Positions 37,901 to 40,631 of a stretch of DNA of 40,631 nt are shown in pieces. The notes beneath the pieces were generated by a model that worked only from the letters and a program-made list of their open reading frames with translations, had not been told where the DNA came from and did no database searches. Every line of letters starts with the position of its first letter. Within the stretch, counting starts at the first letter, position 1. A program made the position numbers and the translations under genes. The stretch is taken from positions 124,001 through 164,631 of the forward strand of contig NGBS01001172.1 of assembly GCA_002245135.1 (NCBI GenBank). Direction: 5' to 3'. Source of the DNA: Proteromonas lacertae. Taxonomy: Eukaryota.

Positions 37901-40631
37901 ATTCTTATCATATTCAAATAACAGATCAGATATTCGTTGCTTTTCTTCTGGAAATGTTCCACCGAAGAATACTTCAATTCTTGTACTTTTTAGTTCATTT
38001 TTCAAAGCTACATCATCTTGAGCTAAATCAAAATAATGAACATTTATATAATAATTATCAATATTATCATATTCATTGAAATATTCAACAGCAGTATAAA
38101 ATGCTATTAAATAGGTGTTATAAAATATGGAGGATGAATAAAACAATGAATAGAAATAACCTATATCAACTATATTATTCTTATCAACAATTTCAGAAAC
38201 ACTATCACTAGATGCAGACATATGACACTTGTATAATTCATCATACATATAAAAATGAGAATAATAATCTATTACTTTCAATATGACTGAATATGCTGTT
38301 GAATTAATCGCATATATATAAGATGTATAAGAAAGTGTATGAATTGGTGTAATTATTCTGTTCTGATAAAAATAATCCAATAATAATGATGAATCCTTAT
38401 ACTGATTAGTAAAAATAGAAGCATTTAGCCAAACATTTGTCATATAAAACAATTCTAATGTTGAATCATACACAAGATTATCTTCACAATTGGTTGTCGA
38501 CACATACATTTCTGATTGTAATGCACAAGATTCTTCATCTGTTCTAGAACGGACCGAGTAAAGAACAACATCACTTGGTAATGTATAATATGATGTTAAA
38601 TCTTTCAATAGTTTATATTCAATCATTGGACAGAATATTTCATATTTTGTTCCTTCTTTTTTGTTTGCTCCAAATGAAAAAGTACTATTCAGATGTTCAT
38701 GTGATGTATTAGTTGATATTGCATTAATAAATACTGTTAATTCAGTAAATGGTAATACATATAATACTTTACAATATAAATACTTACTGCAATCTTTAGA
38801 AATAATCTCAATTACGTTTGATAATGTATGATTCTCATCTATTCTATTAATACTGTACTTGAAATGAAATTCATCAAATGTATTTATGTAATATGTATTG
38901 ATTCAGAATCTAAATCATTATTATATACTATTGTAAAAAACATATCTAATGCATCTTCTTGAAATAAATACCATATAAAGTACTTTGAAGCAATTCTTAT
39001 ATTTTGTGATGTAAATATCAAATGTTTATTACATAGAATATTATAATAAACATATGATGTAATCATAATTTTATCTGCTTTTTCTAAATATGGAATATAA
39101 TCGATAGAACAATAAGGTTTTATGTGAGATATTATAAACAATATATCATCGTTTAAAATAATATTCATATCTGGCAATAGACAACCATCTATTGTTTTTA
39201 CCATTACATCAATTGTATCAAATATTTTATAATAAGAATCATATCTAGTTTCAAATAAACCACGAATTGTATTTACTAATTGTATTTCAGATGGAGCTGT
39301 ATCTAATGAAGGATCAATTATTGCTAACACATATTGTCTTTTTCTATAACAATTTTCTCACCTAAATGATGTTGATGATCACATTGATACTCTATTCCAC
39401 TTATTATCATCAAACAAATACCATGGTTTTGGTTCATTGGGAATTGGATCATCCAATATTGTTCTTAATGAACCATCTTCATATTGGTATATTCTGAAGA
39501 ATCTAGTACCATAATTATTCTTTCGAATTGTTAATATTCCATCTGGTGCATGTATTACTATTGAATAGATTTTCTTATTAATTTCATTCACATCAACACT
39601 ATCAGCTAATTTATTGCTCTATCCATAAAGTTCATACAATTATAACCTGAAGGGTATTCAGTAAATAGAATCCAGTGATAATCCAAAATACTTATCTAAT
39701 CCATTAACATTCGATTCGTTTCTTCTGATCCTTGCCTATACAAAGTGCCAATAAAATATATCTTTTCCCACAAATTTGTTAGACTTGGTACATTTGGATT
39801 GTAATTATAGACTATTAATGTAAAACTATCATATAAATCAAGTTTGTGTAAATAATTAATTGTGCTTAATAAAGTTGGTCCACTTATAATCAAATGAAAC
39901 ACTGTTCCATAAACATAATTACTTGTATGAGGTAATAAAAATGGTTCACATTCTCTATCTAATGGTATTGTTATTATCATGTAATCTACTTGATCTAAAC
40001 CAGTTGTTCTTATCAAAGTATTCAAATTATTACCATCCATTTGAGATATAAATATATGTTTTTCATTTAATTTTGAATTTGTTATAGCTTGGATTGATTT
40101 ATACAAACTAAAATCACCACCTGTATAATAGAAATTTTCTTTACATTCCCACCGATTATTACATGACTATGCCATATTCTTTTACTCAAATACTTTTCTT
40201 TACTTAAATACTGACGAACATTTAATCTTTCACATCCAACAATATGTGTTATATTATATCTTTCTATAACCTCATCAAAATAATCCATATTGCTATTTGT
40301 ATCAACTACAATTGGTATAACTCTATACTTCTTGCCTAGAATATAATGAACTTCTCTTAAATAATTCAACTCACCAATTAGTAGTTTTATTCCTACATTT
40401 GCATATTCACCTGATAATGTATGAAAGAATGCAACATGAAAATTCAAATCACCTATTACATTCCATTCTCATCGTATGTACAGACCGAATGAGAATATAC
40501 ACCAAATGGATTTCTTAATGGATTGAATAAAAATGTATTATAAATTTGTATTTCTTTTGCTTCTGAATCATATTTATACATCATTGTTTTGTATAACATA
40601 TAATGGTTATTTTGTAATGTCATTGCATCAT
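34913..40631 (-). CDS. Giant class C GPCR-like receptor: at least 5 tandem type I periplasmic-binding (UrtA/AmiC-like Venus flytrap) modules + 7TM; 5'-truncated by window; 5' part frameshifted
   Basis: Open frame 34913 to ~38900; 7 hydrophobic helices ~35840-35090 with TM3 Cys (SDCYR), TM3 Lys (IAK) and ECL2 Cys (QIHC). Repeating ~380-aa modules with FFGG/VLGG/IVGC and DCICNTISF, QCDKYYISIAPTPNQ, ECKENFYYTGG motifs. Confidence 0.75.

Noticed and set aside
39340..39700. Stop-codon reassignment or readthrough (in-frame TAG 39696-39698, TGAs near 39380 and 39360)
   Set aside because: TAA, TAG and TGA all terminate conserved genes in this window, and alternative frames restore module motifs, so indels explain it better

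Overview
Very AT-rich (roughly a quarter G+C by eye), gene-dense eukaryotic nuclear DNA. I can reconstruct about 19 protein-coding genes, separated by intergenic gaps of about 45-350 nt. Most are interrupted by tiny GT-AG introns (mostly 25-35 nt, donor typically GTAT). This architecture, plus TGTTT(G/A)TT motifs just 3' of several genes, points to a Blastocystis-like gut stramenopile (inference, not a database result). Genes in order: TPR protein, CstF-64/RNA15-like RRM protein, divergent Ser/Thr kinase, TM9SF/EMP70, taxilin-like coiled coil, AASDH/ACSF4-like A-T-PQQ NRPS-like enzyme, RPS14, large Q/P/N-rich protein with an EF-hand-like core, OFA-family MFS transporter, SIZ/PIAS SUMO ligase, catalytically dead LMW-PTP homolog, NFXL1, frameshifted pseudokinase-LRR gene, membrane-anchored GH95-like protein, MOK/LF4 kinase, membrane-anchored BNR/sialidase-like + LamG protein, HAD phosphatase, signal-peptide-bearing GT41/SPINDLY-like glycosyltransferase, unknown multipass membrane protein, and a giant class-C-GPCR-like receptor with at least 5 tandem periplasmic-binding (Venus flytrap) modules running off the right end. 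The most notable items are that receptor, two bacterial-type surface glycan-acting proteins, the secretory GT41, a candidate structured small RNA at about 5461-5527, and a CpG-containing motif shared by ultra-short bidirectional promoters. All exon junctions are manual reconstructions without transcript data.
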